The notes: generated by a model from the letters alone, not told the origin. DNA of 64,000 nt from an uncultured Verrucomicrobiae bacterium (GCA_963726745.1 CAVSDR010000003.1:32001-96000), one strand, 5' to 3'. Counted from the stretch's first letter, positions 42,309 through 53,000 are shown. Program-made: numbers and translations.

Positions 42309-43069
42309 TAGACCAACTGCACCCCGCAGTAGCCCACGAGCGCGAGTGTCTCCTCCCGCGGCGCGCGGACTTCGTGGCCTAACGAGGCGATCCAGGTGGC
42401 GTGCGCGCCCAGGGCGTGCCGCAACCCGAAATTAGCCGTCAAGATGTCGCGCGAGAAATTCGTCCGCGCGCTTCCGTGCAGCTCGGCCATGACGGAAGTC
42501 GTCTTGCTGGCCTCAATGCCGGCGACGATTCCGTAAAGCCATTCACTCCGCCCGACACTGCCGGCGAGCGGACCGAATTCGCAATCGAGCCCGAACGGGC
42601 CCAGCTTCCGCGCCAGCTGCAGCGGGATCTGGAAGCGCGTCCCATCCTCGGCCAAGCCGCGCCGGACCGAGGAAGTTCGGAGATTGAAGATGACCCGCGG
42701 AAACATCGACAGGTCGAAGCCGCTGCGCTCCTCATCGAGGAAACGCCATTTAACGGCTGCTTCCGTCCCGCCCAATCCGCCGAGCCAGCCGTGGCCACTG
42801 CGCTTCCGCAAGGCCAGCGGCGTTTGCAGGGTGAGCTGGAGGTTCTTCCCCAGCCCGTAGTTTAGATCGACCGCCGGGGCGTCGAGCAACCACTCGTTAG
42901 GCCGATGCTCCCCGGCGATCGCGAGATTGATTTCCCAGCGCCGATCGCCCGGCGTGCCGGGGTCGTCGGTAATCATCGGCGGACCGCCCTGCCCGCGCAG
43001 GCTCCCGAGCGCGAGCCCGCCCACGAGCAGGGCCAGCGCCGCCTTACTTTTTCTCGTGCCGCTCCGCAC
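42305..43069 (-). CDS. Secreted protein, putative outer-membrane beta-barrel
   Basis: Signal peptide, GPPMITDDPG, amphipathic strands, C-terminal aromatic residue (VQLVY). Confidence 0.6.
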   Translation of the reverse strand: MRSGTRKSKAALALLVGGLALGSLRGQGGPPMITDDPGTPGDRRWEINLAIAGEHRPNEWLLDAPAVDLNYGLGKNLQLTLQTPLALRKRSGHGWLGGLGGTEAAVKWRFLDEERSGFDLSMFPRVIFNLRTSSVRRGLAEDGTRFQIPLQLARKLGPFGLDCEFGPLAGSVGRSEWLYGIVAGIEASKTTSVMAELHGSARTNFSRDILTANFGLRHALGAHATWIASLGHEVRAPREETLALVGYCGVQLVY

Positions 43070-43394
43070 GCGCCTCGGCTTTCTCCTGCGCCGGGCTTTC
43101 CCTTTTAACGGAGATCACCTTGGCCGTCTTGGCATCGAGCAAGACTTCGGTCACGCCAGAAGTGTTTGGCTTGGTGACATCGAACGACCAAACCAGCCGG
43201 CCTTTCTCGCGTTCGAGTTCACCGCTCTTGATCGTTCCCCCGTGCGTCGCCGCGAGCGCGATGCGCTCGGCATGCATCCGGTTGACCTTCGCCTCGCGGA
43301 GCAACTCCCGCTCCCCCGCGACCGCCGTTGTGCTCACCGCGAACAGGACCATCGCCGCGCTCGCCCACCCCGCCACGACATGCAGTTTCATCAT
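43044..43394 (-). CDS. PepSY-domain secreted protein
   Basis: AERIALA..GTIKSGELEREKGRLVWSFDV...EVLLDAKTAKVI. Confidence 0.8.
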   Translation of the reverse strand: MMKLHVVAGWASAAMVLFAVSTTAVAGERELLREAKVNRMHAERIALAATHGGTIKSGELEREKGRLVWSFDVTKPNTSGVTEVLLDAKTAKVISVKRESPAQEKAEARAERHEKK

Positions 43395-43433
43395 GGTCGG
43401 AAAGCTGACGCAGATGCGGCGTCGTGTCACCGC

Positions 43434-44462
43434 TCAACTTTGGTGCGGGCCGTAGACCAGCAGCTTCATCGAGCCTGGCACCATCGCGGGCCGGCCCGGC
43501 GTGGCGCCGGGTGCAGGTGAAGTAGCTGGCTGATACTCCGCCGCCGGCAGGTAAATCCGGTGCGTCGCCGGATCAAGCGCGATGGTGCGCGCGCTTCGCT
43601 GGGTCGCGAGCGACTGGACCACCTTCAACTCGTTAGGCGAGGTTTCCTGCGCGATCGTGACCACGCCCTCGCCGCAGGAGGCGAAGGCAAGTTGCATCTC
43701 CTGGTCAAAGGCGCAGCCATCCACGCCCCGCGCGATCGGCACCGTGGCCACCACCTTGCCCGACGCCGTATCAAGCATGGTCATCATCTGGTTGTGACAG
43801 GTGGAAAAGAGCCGGTGATTCGTGGCGTCGAAGGCGATCCCGGTGGGCTCTTCGCCCGGAGCCAGCGGCCAGCGCGCGACCACCGCATGCGTCGCGGTGT
43901 CGATCACGGCGACCTCGCTCTTGTCCTCGAGATTAACGTAGACGCGGCCGGTCGACGCATCATAGGCGGCAAACTCCGGGCTGCCCTCGAGTGCGACTGT
44001 AGCGACCACTTTCGGATCTTTCGCGTCGATCACGGTCGCGGAGTTTCCGGAGTGGTTGAAGACGTAGACTTCGCCCCGCTGGTCGTCGTAAGCCATCGCG
44101 TCTGGGTTCTCCCCGGTCGCGAATTGCGCGATCGGTTTGAGCGTTTTCAAGTCGATCACGCTGCACTTGTTTTCCTTCCCGTTGGAAGTGAAGCCACGCT
44201 GCAGCTCCGGCACCGGGAGCAATTGATGCACTCCAGGTAGATTTTCGATCTCGCCCGCAACGGCGTTCTTCTCCAGATCGATCACGACCACCTTGGTCGC
44301 GTGCGAAAGGTAAAGGCAATGCGCCGCGGAATCGACGCTGAGGATATCCCACCCGCCTTCGCCGCCGATCGGGATTTGCGTGATCGCCTGGTAAGGTGCG
44401 TCGCTGGCCGCGGAAGCGGAGGAAAGCAGCGCCGCGCCGAGGAGGAGAGAGAGGATTCGCAT
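43434..44462 (-). CDS. YncE/YVTN-type beta-propeller protein
   Basis: Signal peptide; GGEGGWD, TGENPDA, PEFA, EEPTGIAFD, ARTIALDP. Confidence 0.82.
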   Translation of the reverse strand: MRILSLLLGAALLSSASAASDAPYQAITQIPIGGEGGWDILSVDSAAHCLYLSHATKVVVIDLEKNAVAGEIENLPGVHQLLPVPELQRGFTSNGKENKCSVIDLKTLKPIAQFATGENPDAMAYDDQRGEVYVFNHSGNSATVIDAKDPKVVATVALEGSPEFAAYDASTGRVYVNLEDKSEVAVIDTATHAVVARWPLAPGEEPTGIAFDATNHRLFSTCHNQMMTMLDTASGKVVATVPIARGVDGCAFDQEMQLAFASCGEGVVTIAQETSPNELKVVQSLATQRSARTIALDPATHRIYLPAAEYQPATSPAPGATPGRPAMVPGSMKLLVYGPHQS

Positions 44463-44540
44463 GGCCACCTTTAGCGCAGATTTGGGGCGGCGCACCCCAT
44501 TGCAGGCAGCGGCGCGTCGTCGTATGACAGGCGCACATCC

Positions 44541-46340
44541 ATGAACGAACTCGAGACGCCGACGCGCGCGGACCTTCCGGAAAACGACAAGTGGGACCTG
44601 ACCCAGCTCTTTGAAAACGTCGGCAAATGGCAGGAGGACGTCGCCTGGATTACCGCGACTTATCCGCGGCTCGTGGAATGGAAAGGCCGCGTCGGCGAAT
44701 CCGCGGAGACGCTCGCAGGGTTGCTCCAATTCGAGACGGCGCTCGACCGAAAGATCGAGCGCGTTTACCACTTCGCCTCCCTCCAGCTCGCGGAAGACAG
44801 CGCGAATAACGACTACCTCTCGCGCATCGGGCAGCTGCAGAATTTAATGACGCAGATCGGCGAGCTCAGCGCCTTCATCGTCCCGGAAATTCAGGCGATC
44901 GACGACGCGCGCTGGGCAGAATTTTTAGCCGACGCTTCGTTAGCCGAATGGCGCATCAGCTTGCACAAGATCCGCCGGATGCGGCCGCACATTCTCAGCG
45001 AGCGCGAGGAGCGTTTGCTCGCCCTCGGGAGCGCTGCGCTCGACGGCTACGACACCGCTTTCTCGCAACTGACCGACGTGGACATGAAGTTCGGGGTGCT
45101 CATCGATGAGCAGGGCCGCGAGCGTCCTCTCACCCAAAGCTCCTACAGTTCTTTCCTGCTCAAGCGGGATCACGAATTGCGGAAGCGCGCCTTCCACCAG
45201 TTCTACGCCGAGTTCCAGGATCACCAATACACCCTCGCCACCGCGCTGGCGTATTCGGTCAAGGCGGACGTCTTTCGCGCTCGCGCGCGCAATCACTCGA
45301 GTGCGCTCGCGGCTTCGCTCTTCCACGATGACGTCCCGGTGGCGGTCTACGATGGCTTGATTGGCGCCGTCCGCGCCGGCGTGCCGGCCTTGTTGCGTTA
45401 CTACGCTTTGCGAAAGCGCGTGCTCGGGCTCGACGAGCTGCACGCTTACGACACCTACGTGCCGCTGGTCGCGGAGATCGAGACGCGCATTCCCTTCGAC
45501 GAAGCGATCGCGAAAGTGACCGACTCGTTAGCCCCGCTGGGCGAGGAATACGTGCGCACTTTAGCCAGCGGCTTGCGTGGGCGCTGGTGCGATCGTTACG
45601 AGTCGAAAGGCAAACGCAGCGGTGCTTTCTCCAGCGGGAGCTACGGCGCGCCGCCCTATATCCTGATGAACTACAAGGAGGACGTCTTCGCCGATGTCTA
45701 CACCCTGGCGCATGAGGCCGGGCACTCGATGCACACCTGGTTCTCGCAAAAGAGCCAGCCGTATCAGGACTACCACTACCCGATCTTCCTCGCGGAAGTA
45801 GCCAGCACTTTCAACGAAGAGCTGCTGACGCATCACCTGCTCGAGCTCACGACCGACCCGAAGATGCGGGCCTACATCATCAACCGGCAGATTGACGACA
45901 TTCGCGGGACCGTCTTCCGCCAGACGATGTTCGCCGAGTTCGAGAAAGTTATCCACGCGATCGAAGAAAGCGGCGAAGCGCTCACGCTCGACGTTTTCAA
46001 AGCGGAATACCGAAAGCTGCTCGAGGCTTACTTCGGCGACGCCGTCGTGCTCGATCCGGAGCTGGAATTGGAGTGCCTGCGCATCCCGCATTTTTACAGC
46101 GCCTTCTACGTCTACAAATACGCCACCGGCATTTCCGCCGCGGTCGCGCTCTCGCAGAAAGTGCTGACTAACGAGCCGGGCGCGGTCGAAGCCTATCTCG
46201 GATTCCTCCGGTCGGGCGGTGCAAAATTCCCGCTCGAAACCTTGCGCGCCGCCGGCGTCGACATGTCCAGCCCGGAGCCCATCGCGCGCACCATCGCGCT
46301 CTTCGAGCAGCGCGTGCGCGAGCTCGAAGGTCTGCTCTAG
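44541..46340 (+). CDS. pepF: Oligoendopeptidase F (M3B)
   Basis: KWDL, GKRSGAFS, TLAHEAGHSMH, AEVAST, RQTMFAEFE, IPHFY..FYVYKYATG. Confidence 0.95.
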   Translation: MNELETPTRADLPENDKWDLTQLFENVGKWQEDVAWITATYPRLVEWKGRVGESAETLAGLLQFETALDRKIERVYHFASLQLAEDSANNDYLSRIGQLQNLMTQIGELSAFIVPEIQAIDDARWAEFLADASLAEWRISLHKIRRMRPHILSEREERLLALGSAALDGYDTAFSQLTDVDMKFGVLIDEQGRERPLTQSSYSSFLLKRDHELRKRAFHQFYAEFQDHQYTLATALAYSVKADVFRARARNHSSALAASLFHDDVPVAVYDGLIGAVRAGVPALLRYYALRKRVLGLDELHAYDTYVPLVAEIETRIPFDEAIAKVTDSLAPLGEEYVRTLASGLRGRWCDRYESKGKRSGAFSSGSYGAPPYILMNYKEDVFADVYTLAHEAGHSMHTWFSQKSQPYQDYHYPIFLAEVASTFNEELLTHHLLELTTDPKMRAYIINRQIDDIRGTVFRQTMFAEFEKVIHAIEESGEALTLDVFKAEYRKLLEAYFGDAVVLDPELELECLRIPHFYSAFYVYKYATGISAAVALSQKVLTNEPGAVEAYLGFLRSGGAKFPLETLRAAGVDMSSPEPIARTIALFEQRVRELEGLL

Positions 46341-46349
46341 CGAGCGGAG

Positions 46350-46847
46350 TTGGCCCACGGACTGCTAAAGCAGGAGAACGTGGAGTTTGAAAGACAAGTG
46401 CAGGCCGCCTGCGGCTATGCCGAGCTCGGGATGTTTCGCGAGTCGCTCGCCGAACTCGATGCCATCCCGGCGCGCTGGCAAAAACGCCCCGAGGTGCTGC
46501 ACCTCCGCCTCCACCACCAGATGCGTCGGCAACGTTGGGGGCACGCCCTGCGGATCAGCCAAATGCTTTGCCGCGCAGCGCCGGACTGCGGCACCGGCTT
46601 CCTCCACGCCGGCTTTTGCCTGCACCGCCTCGGCCGCACCGAGGAGGCAAAAAATCTTCTCGCGATGGGTCCGGTCGCGCTTCTGAAAGACCCGGTCTAC
46701 TACTACAACATGGGCTGCTACGACGCTCTCCTCGGCAACGTGGAGCAAGCCGCGAAGCATTTGAAGATCAGCTTCCGCATGGACTCGAGCTTTCGCGAAA
46801 TCGCGCGGCACGATCCCGACCTCGAAGTGCTCCACGGGATCATCTGA
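46350..46847 (+). CDS. TPR-repeat protein
   Basis: AACGYAELGM, YYNMGCYDALLG...AR.DPDL. Confidence 0.7.
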   Translation: MAHGLLKQENVEFERQVQAACGYAELGMFRESLAELDAIPARWQKRPEVLHLRLHHQMRRQRWGHALRISQMLCRAAPDCGTGFLHAGFCLHRLGRTEEAKNLLAMGPVALLKDPVYYYNMGCYDALLGNVEQAAKHLKISFRMDSSFREIARHDPDLEVLHGII

Positions 46848-46879
46848 CAAGTTTCGCGGCGCTGTTAGCGTCCGGTGCG

Positions 46880-48025
46880 ATGACTCTCGATCCCGAGCGC
46901 TTGCGCGCACGCCTGACGCCGCTTTTTGAGGAAAACTTCGAACGCCGTGGCGAGCTCGGAGCCGCGGTCTCGATCTGGCAGCACGGCCGGCCGTTGGTGG
47001 AATTACACGGCGGCTTCCGCGATGCGCGCCGCGAGCAGCCATGGACCGCGGAGACGCTCGTGCTCGTCTGGTCGGCGACCAAAGGCCTGGGCGCGGCCTG
47101 CGTGCTCCATCTCCTGGAGCGCGAAGGAATCGGGCTGGACCGACGGGTGGCAGAGTTTTGGCCGGAGTTTTCCGGCGGCGGCAAAGGGGAGGTCTCGTTA
47201 GGGCAATTGCTCTCGCACCAGGCGGGGCTGGCCGGGCTCGATGAGCGCGTGGAGGTGCAGGACTACGCCGCCGTGATCGCGGCGCTCGAACGCCAGGCGC
47301 CACTCTGGCCGCCGGGGACGGCGCATGGGTATCACGCGCGGACGTTTGGTTTCCTGCTTGATGAGCTCGTGCGGCGAATTAGCCAGCAACCTCTGGCGGG
47401 GTATTGGCGGGAAAATTTTGCCGACCCGATGGCGCTTGATCTTTGGATTGGTCTGCCCCCGGCCGAGCACGCGCGCGTGGCCACGATCTATGCGGCCAAG
47501 TCCGGCAAGCCACCGGAGCCGGCGCAATTCTACCGCGACCTGGCCACGCCCGGGACGCTCGCGCGCAAAGTCTTCACCTCGCCCGCGGGGCTGCACGCGG
47601 TCAGCGGAATGAACGCGCCGGAAGTGCGCGCGCTCCCGCTGGTCTCGTTTGGCGGGATCGGGAGCGCGAGCGCGCTGGCTAAATTCTATGCGATGCTGGC
47701 CCACGGCGGCGAACTCGACGGCCGCCGCTATTTCTCCGCGGAAACGCTCGCGCGCATGAGCACCACGCTGACCTCGGGGATTGATCGCGTCTTTCAAATC
47801 CCGACCGCTTTCTCTGCCGGCTTCATGCAAAACGTCCCGCCGCCGGCGCGCCCGATTTTCGGACCGTCACGGGGCGCATTTGGGCATCCCGGCGCAGGGG
47901 GGAGCCACGCCTTCGCCGATCCGGAGAACGGGCTTAGCTTCGCCTACGTAATGAACCAGATGGAGCAATCGCTTTTGCCTAACGAGAAATCGCTCCGGCT
48001 GGTCGAGGCGCTCTACGCGCGCTGA
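46880..48025 (+). CDS. Serine hydrolase, beta-lactamase/EstA family
   Basis: WSATK (SxxK), LLSHQAGL, GYH, FGHPGAGGS. Confidence 0.88.
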   Translation: MTLDPERLRARLTPLFEENFERRGELGAAVSIWQHGRPLVELHGGFRDARREQPWTAETLVLVWSATKGLGAACVLHLLEREGIGLDRRVAEFWPEFSGGGKGEVSLGQLLSHQAGLAGLDERVEVQDYAAVIAALERQAPLWPPGTAHGYHARTFGFLLDELVRRISQQPLAGYWRENFADPMALDLWIGLPPAEHARVATIYAAKSGKPPEPAQFYRDLATPGTLARKVFTSPAGLHAVSGMNAPEVRALPLVSFGGIGSASALAKFYAMLAHGGELDGRRYFSAETLARMSTTLTSGIDRVFQIPTAFSAGFMQNVPPPARPIFGPSRGAFGHPGAGGSHAFADPENGLSFAYVMNQMEQSLLPNEKSLRLVEALYAR

Positions 48026-48036
48026 AAGTGCCGGCT

Positions 48037-48071
48037 AAAAAAAAGAGCGCCCGGATTTTTCACCCGGGCGC
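48037..48071 (-). terminator. Rho-independent terminator
   Basis: GCGCCCGG/CCGGGCGC stem with an 8-T tract on the minus strand, downstream of the small lipoprotein gene. Confidence 0.75.
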
Positions 48072-48096
48072 CCTTCGTGATTGCTCGCCTCGCGGC

Positions 48097-48276
48097 TTAG
48101 TAGCCGGTGGTGCGCGTCGTCGTGGTCTGTGTGCTCGCCGGTGCGGTCACCACGGAAGATTCGCGATGAACCGTGGTCGAAGTGGTCGACGGCGTCGGGT
48201 CGACCACGGTGGTGCAGGAGCTGAGGGCGACAACGGTGAGAAGAGGCAGGATCGTGAGTGTAAGCAGTTTTTTCAT
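48097..48276 (-). CDS. Small Thr-rich lipoprotein (59 aa)
   Basis: MKKLLTLTILPLLTVVALSSC lipobox, followed by its own terminator. Confidence 0.7.
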   Translation of the reverse strand: MKKLLTLTILPLLTVVALSSCTTVVDPTPSTTSTTVHRESSVVTAPASTQTTTTRTTGY

Positions 48277-48384
48277 AATATGTTGGTCTAACGAAGATTC
48301 GGAGCGCGCTGCGCCGGTGATCGTATGAATTTTTCGGAAAGGCCAACGGTTGCGGGCGCGAGGCGCGCGCGCTAGCGGAAAGGG

Positions 48385-48807
48385 ATGATGCGAGCGCATG
48401 CGACCAGCTTTGCCGTGTCGACCCAGGGCAAGGGGACCTACGAGATCACGGAGGAAGTCGCGCAGGCCGTCGGCGCGAGCGGCGTGCAGACCGGAAGTGC
48501 AACCGTTTTCCTGCAGCACACGAGCGCGAGCCTGGTCATCTTTGAGAACGCCGACCGCTCCGCGCGGGTCGATCTGCACGAATTTTTCGAGCGCCTCGTG
48601 CCCGAAGATGCCGGCTATTTCTCCCACACTTCCGAAGGCGCAGACGACTCCACCTCGCACCTGCGCATGGTGCTGACGCGCTCGAGCGAAACCATCCCGA
48701 TCGTCGAGGGCCGGCTGGCGCTCGGGACCTGGCAGGGGATTTATCTTTTCGAACATCGGCGCGCGCCGCATCGGCGGCGGCTGGTCGTGACCATCCTCGG
48801 CGAATGA
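48385..48807 (+). CDS. yjbQ: YjbQ/UPF0047 family protein
   Basis: QHTSASL, H..EG.DD..SH, LGTWQGIYLFEHR. Confidence 0.9.
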   Translation: MMRAHATSFAVSTQGKGTYEITEEVAQAVGASGVQTGSATVFLQHTSASLVIFENADRSARVDLHEFFERLVPEDAGYFSHTSEGADDSTSHLRMVLTRSSETIPIVEGRLALGTWQGIYLFEHRRAPHRRRLVVTILGE

Positions 48808-49274
48808 AGACCACTCTGGTTCTGACCCTCCTCCTGTTGCAGAGCGCGCTGGCTCTTTCCTCGCCGGCATCGCTCGAGATCAACCAGCTTTATCGCCGCG
48901 GTCTCGCGGGCGATGCGGCTGCGGTGAACGAATGCATCGCGCGCCTCGAGGCCGTTCTGCAAAAGGAGCCGGCGAACCAATTGGCGCGAGTCTATCTCGG
49001 CAGTGCCTACACCTTGCGCAGCCGCGACCTTGGCTTCGGTCCGCAAAAATTATCCGCGCTGCGCCATGGCCTCGCCCTGATGGATGAAGCGGTCGCCGCC
49101 GCGCCCGCAGATGGCAAAATTCTCCTGGCGCGCGCGCTCACCACCGAGGCGCTCCCGGGCTTCTTCGGACGCGGCGCACAAAGCCGACGCGACTTCGCCT
49201 GGCTGGCGGAGCACGCGGCGAAGCTCGACCCGGATGACCGGCGCACGGTGGCGGAACACGTGCGCGCCAAGTGA
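48804..49274 (+). CDS. Secreted helical-repeat hypothetical protein
   Basis: Signal peptide; ARVYLGSAYTL...GLALMDEAV...LPGFFGR; overlaps both neighbours by 4 nt if hpt starts at the GTG. Confidence 0.6.
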   Translation: MKTTLVLTLLLLQSALALSSPASLEINQLYRRGLAGDAAAVNECIARLEAVLQKEPANQLARVYLGSAYTLRSRDLGFGPQKLSALRHGLALMDEAVAAAPADGKILLARALTTEALPGFFGRGAQSRRDFAWLAEHAAKLDPDDRRTVAEHVRAK

Positions 49275-49312
49275 GCGCTCGCCCGCCTGCGAAACTTCGG
49301 GATACTGCACGC

Positions 49313-49852
49313 ATGCAGGACGATCTCGCGCGCGTGCTTTACAACGAGTCGACGATTCTGGCGCGGCTCGATGAAATTGCCGCGCAGATCACCGACGACT
49401 ATCGCAACCAGGAGCTGACCGTGATCGCGGTGTTGAACGGCAGCCTGATCTTCATGGCCGATCTCCTGCGCCGCATTCCCCTGCCCCTGAAACTCGATTG
49501 CCTGAGCGTCGCCAGCTACCACGGCGGGACGAAATCCACCGGCGAAATTGTCTTCAAGCAAATCGCCCTGCCGGACGTGGCCGGGCGGCACATCCTCTTG
49601 TTAGACGACATTCTCGACAGCGGCCTGACGTTGCACACCATCCGCCGGAAGCTCGAGGAAGCGAAGCCGCTGAGCGTGCGGCTGTGCGTTCTCCTGGAGA
49701 AGAAAATCGAGCGCGCGGTCGAGGTGAAGGCGGACTACGTGGCCTTCCAGATCGCGAATGAATTCGTCGTCGGCTACGGGCTCGATTACATGGAGCGCTA
49801 CCGCAATCTCCCGTGCATCGGCGTGCTCCGGCCGGACATGATCGGGCGATGA
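49313..49852 (+). CDS. hpt: Hypoxanthine phosphoribosyltransferase
   Basis: VLNGSLIFMADL, LLDDILDSGLTL, FVVGYGLDY.ERYRNLP. Alternative GTG start at 49271. Confidence 0.95.
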   Translation: MQDDLARVLYNESTILARLDEIAAQITDDYRNQELTVIAVLNGSLIFMADLLRRIPLPLKLDCLSVASYHGGTKSTGEIVFKQIALPDVAGRHILLLDDILDSGLTLHTIRRKLEEAKPLSVRLCVLLEKKIERAVEVKADYVAFQIANEFVVGYGLDYMERYRNLPCIGVLRPDMIGR

Positions 49853-50085
49853 AAATCCTCTTCTTCTCGCACCTGCGCGACGCCGTGGGCACGGGTGAAA
49901 TCGAGCACGCCCCGCGCGGGACGACCGTTGCCGATTTACTCGACGAGCTTTACGCGCAATACCCGAAGCTGCGCGCGTGGGACGCGAGCCTGCTCATCGG
50001 CGCCGGGGTGGAATTCGTCGGCCGCGACTACATCCTGCTGCCTAACGAAGAGATCGCACTCATGCCGCCGGTGCAGGGCGGCTAG
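49849..50085 (+). CDS. moaD: MoaD/ThiS sulfur carrier
   Basis: KILFFSHLRD...EEIALMPPVQGG with C-terminal GG. Confidence 0.85.
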   Translation: MKILFFSHLRDAVGTGEIEHAPRGTTVADLLDELYAQYPKLRAWDASLLIGAGVEFVGRDYILLPNEEIALMPPVQGG

Positions 50086-53000
50086 TCGAGCGTGTAGATC
50101 TCCACCGTGGCCACGCCGCTGGTGTTATTTTTCCCGCGCACGATCGCGGTGTAGGCCGCGCGTTCGGCCGGGAGCGTGGCGATCAAAGCTGCTTCGCGAT
50201 CATCCGGCGGCGGGACCGTGCTGGCGATGATCTCGGCTTCCTGATCGCTCCGCCAGTTGTCGTTCGCGCCCAGGAGCGCGCCGTTTTGATCGATCAATTC
50301 CAACGTCGTGTCGGCTAATTTTCCCGCGACCGTGAGCGACGGCCCGAGCGAGCGCACGAGGACGCGCTTGCTTCCGGTGCCGCTGACGATGAAGCCGCCG
50401 ATCAAGACGTTGTTGCCCGTCTGGACAAAGCCGCGGCTGGAGATGTTGGCCAGCTTCGCATCGCCGGTGACGTCGAGCTCATAGATCTCGACCGTAGCAA
50501 TACCGCTGGTGCCGCCGGCTCCGCGCACGATGGCAGTGTAGCCCGCGCGATTTGACGGCAGCGTCACGAGGATCGCAGGCTCGGCGTCATTCGGAGGCGC
50601 GACCGTGCTGTCGATGATTTCCTGGCGATTGGGCGCGTCCTGCCAGTTGTCGTTGGTGGCGATCGATCCGCCGGGGCCGATCAATTCCAGCGTGGGATCG
50701 GCCAGATTCCCGGCGAGGCCGAGCGACGGTCCGCGCGCGCGGATGAGGAAGCGCTTCGGATCGGTGCCGGTGACGATGAAGCCGCCGATAAGGACGTTGT
50801 CACCCGTCTGCACAGAAAGACGGGTGGAAATGTTGCCGAAGACCGCCGGACGCGGCGTCGCGGTCGCGCGTCGGGCGAGTCGGCGTCGGCGTCGGCGTCG
50901 GCGTTGGCGTTGGCGTTGGCGTTGGCGTTGGCGTTGGCGTTGGCGTTGGCGTTGGCGTTGGCGTTGGCGTTGGCGTTGGCGTTGGCGTTGGCGTTGGCGT
51001 TGGCGTTGGCGTTGGCGTTGGCGTTGGCGTTGGCGTTGGCGTTGGCGTTGGCGTTGGCGTTGGCGTTGGCTGCACTTCGAAGGCGCCGAGGTCGGCGCCG
51101 TCGCCGGTGCCAGGGTTAGGAATCGGGAGATCCACTGGACGCGGGAGGCCGCGTTGGTCGTCGCGTGTGATTCCCGGCGAAGTGACGGCATCGAGGGCGG
51201 GGCTGTCGGCTTGCAGCGCATGCGTGCGGCTGCGCCCGCCGTTGTCCTGCAAGGCCCCGAGTTTCGGGTCGACCGGGGCCGCGCTCGTGCCGACGAGCGC
51301 GCTCGGCGGGAAAGCGCTCTCGGCGCTCTCGTTAGTCCCGATTAAATTATTCCCCACCGGCTCGAGCGTCCCGGCGTAGCGGAAAATATCCTGCGGGCCG
51401 GAGGTGTTGAAGTTGCCGGCTAAAATGCTGTTCTCGACCCGCGTGACCGAGGTGCCCTCGAGGGCCAGGCCGCCGCGTCGAGTGTTGCCGGTGATGGTGT
51501 TGTGCAGCAGCTCGAGCGCACCCGAGCTGACGTAGATCCCGCCACCAAGGTTGCCGGAGACGGTGCAATTCGTGAGGTGGACTTCCGAGAAAGTCGCGCG
51601 CAGGGCGGCATCGTCGATCACGTTTCCAGCGAGGGTGCAGCGGTAGAAATCGACCACGCCCACGCGCACGAAAATGGCGGCATCGGCGGCGTTGTCGCGG
51701 AAAGAGCAATCGACTGCGAGGAGCGCGTTGTTGTTCAGGAAAAGGCCCGCGCCGAGCAGGCCCGTCTTCCCATCGCGGAGGGTCAGGCCGCGAAGGCTGA
51801 GACTCATCGCGCCGGCAGTGCTGAAGATGCGTGACTGGTTTCCGCCGCTCAAACTGACGCCGGCCGGAAGCGCGCTGGCATCGATCTCCTGGCTGCTCCC
51901 GGCGACCAAGGTGAGCTGGCCGGTCTGCAGGACGATGACCGCGCCATTGAGCGCCGGGTCGAAGACAACCCGCGTATCCGGCGCGCTCACCGCCGCGAGC
52001 GTCCCACGGAGAGAGCCGGGCCCGGCATCGTTCGCGTTCGTGACCACGACCACCGGCCCGCGCTCGACCGCGCCGAGATCGGGCGCGCTGCCGCTGCGCG
52101 GGAAACCGCGTTGATCGCCCGCGAGCGCGGAGCCGCCGGCGGCATCGAGCGCCGGACTGTCCGGACGGGGCGCGAGGGTGCGCGTACGTCCGCCGGTATT
52201 GCCCAGCGGGCCAAGGCGCGGATTTGCTGGCGCGGTCGAAGTGCCGACGAGCGGCGGCGCAGCCGGAAACTCCGCGGCGACCGTTTGGTTGCTCCCGATA
52301 AGGCTCGGGCCGACGGCGGTGACGCTGCCACCAGCCTTCAAGATATCGGGCGGCGTGGCGTTACTGGAGAAATTTGCCGCCAGGATGCAGCGCTCGACCG
52401 AGAGTTGCATCCCGGTGTAAATGCCGCCGCCGCCGAGATAGCCGGCATTCTCCGAAATGGTGGTGTGCCGCAAGGTGAGCAAGCCGCCCAAGCCGGTGAT
52501 CGCGCCGGTGCTTCCGGGATCGGTCGCGCGGTTTTGCGTGAGGGTGCAGTTTTCCAAGGTGGCGGTGCGCGCGCCTTGGATCCAAAAAGCGGAGTCGGCC
52601 TGGATGTTGCCGGAAAGAGTGCAGCGCTGGAGCAAAATGTGGCCCGTGCCTTCGCCGTAGATCGCGCCTCCGTAGCGCCCGGTGTTGTTGCCTAACGAGC
52701 AATCTTGCAGGACGAGCTGGGCGCCGCCGGCGACGAAGATCGCGCCGCCATCGTCGTCCAGGCCGGAGTTCCCGCGGGTGAGCTGCACGGCCTGGAGAGT
52801 GAAGGTGCCGGCATTCACCTGGAAGATACGGCTGGCGCCATTACCGCTCAGGCGGATGCCGCCCGGCAGAGTGCTGGCATTGATCGTGAGGTCGGTCGCG
52901 CTGACGATCTGGCCGCTGGTCAGGACGATCGTGAGACCGTTGAGCGACGAGGAAAATTGCACCTCGGAGCCGGGCGCGGCCGCGGCCTCCGCTACGGTCT

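Noticed and set aside
50605..51345. ORFs with poly-(RW), poly-(AL) or poly-(RQ) tracts
   Set aside because: These are alternative-frame readings of the GTTGGC array. The Pro-Thr frame is continuous with the upstream secreted protein.
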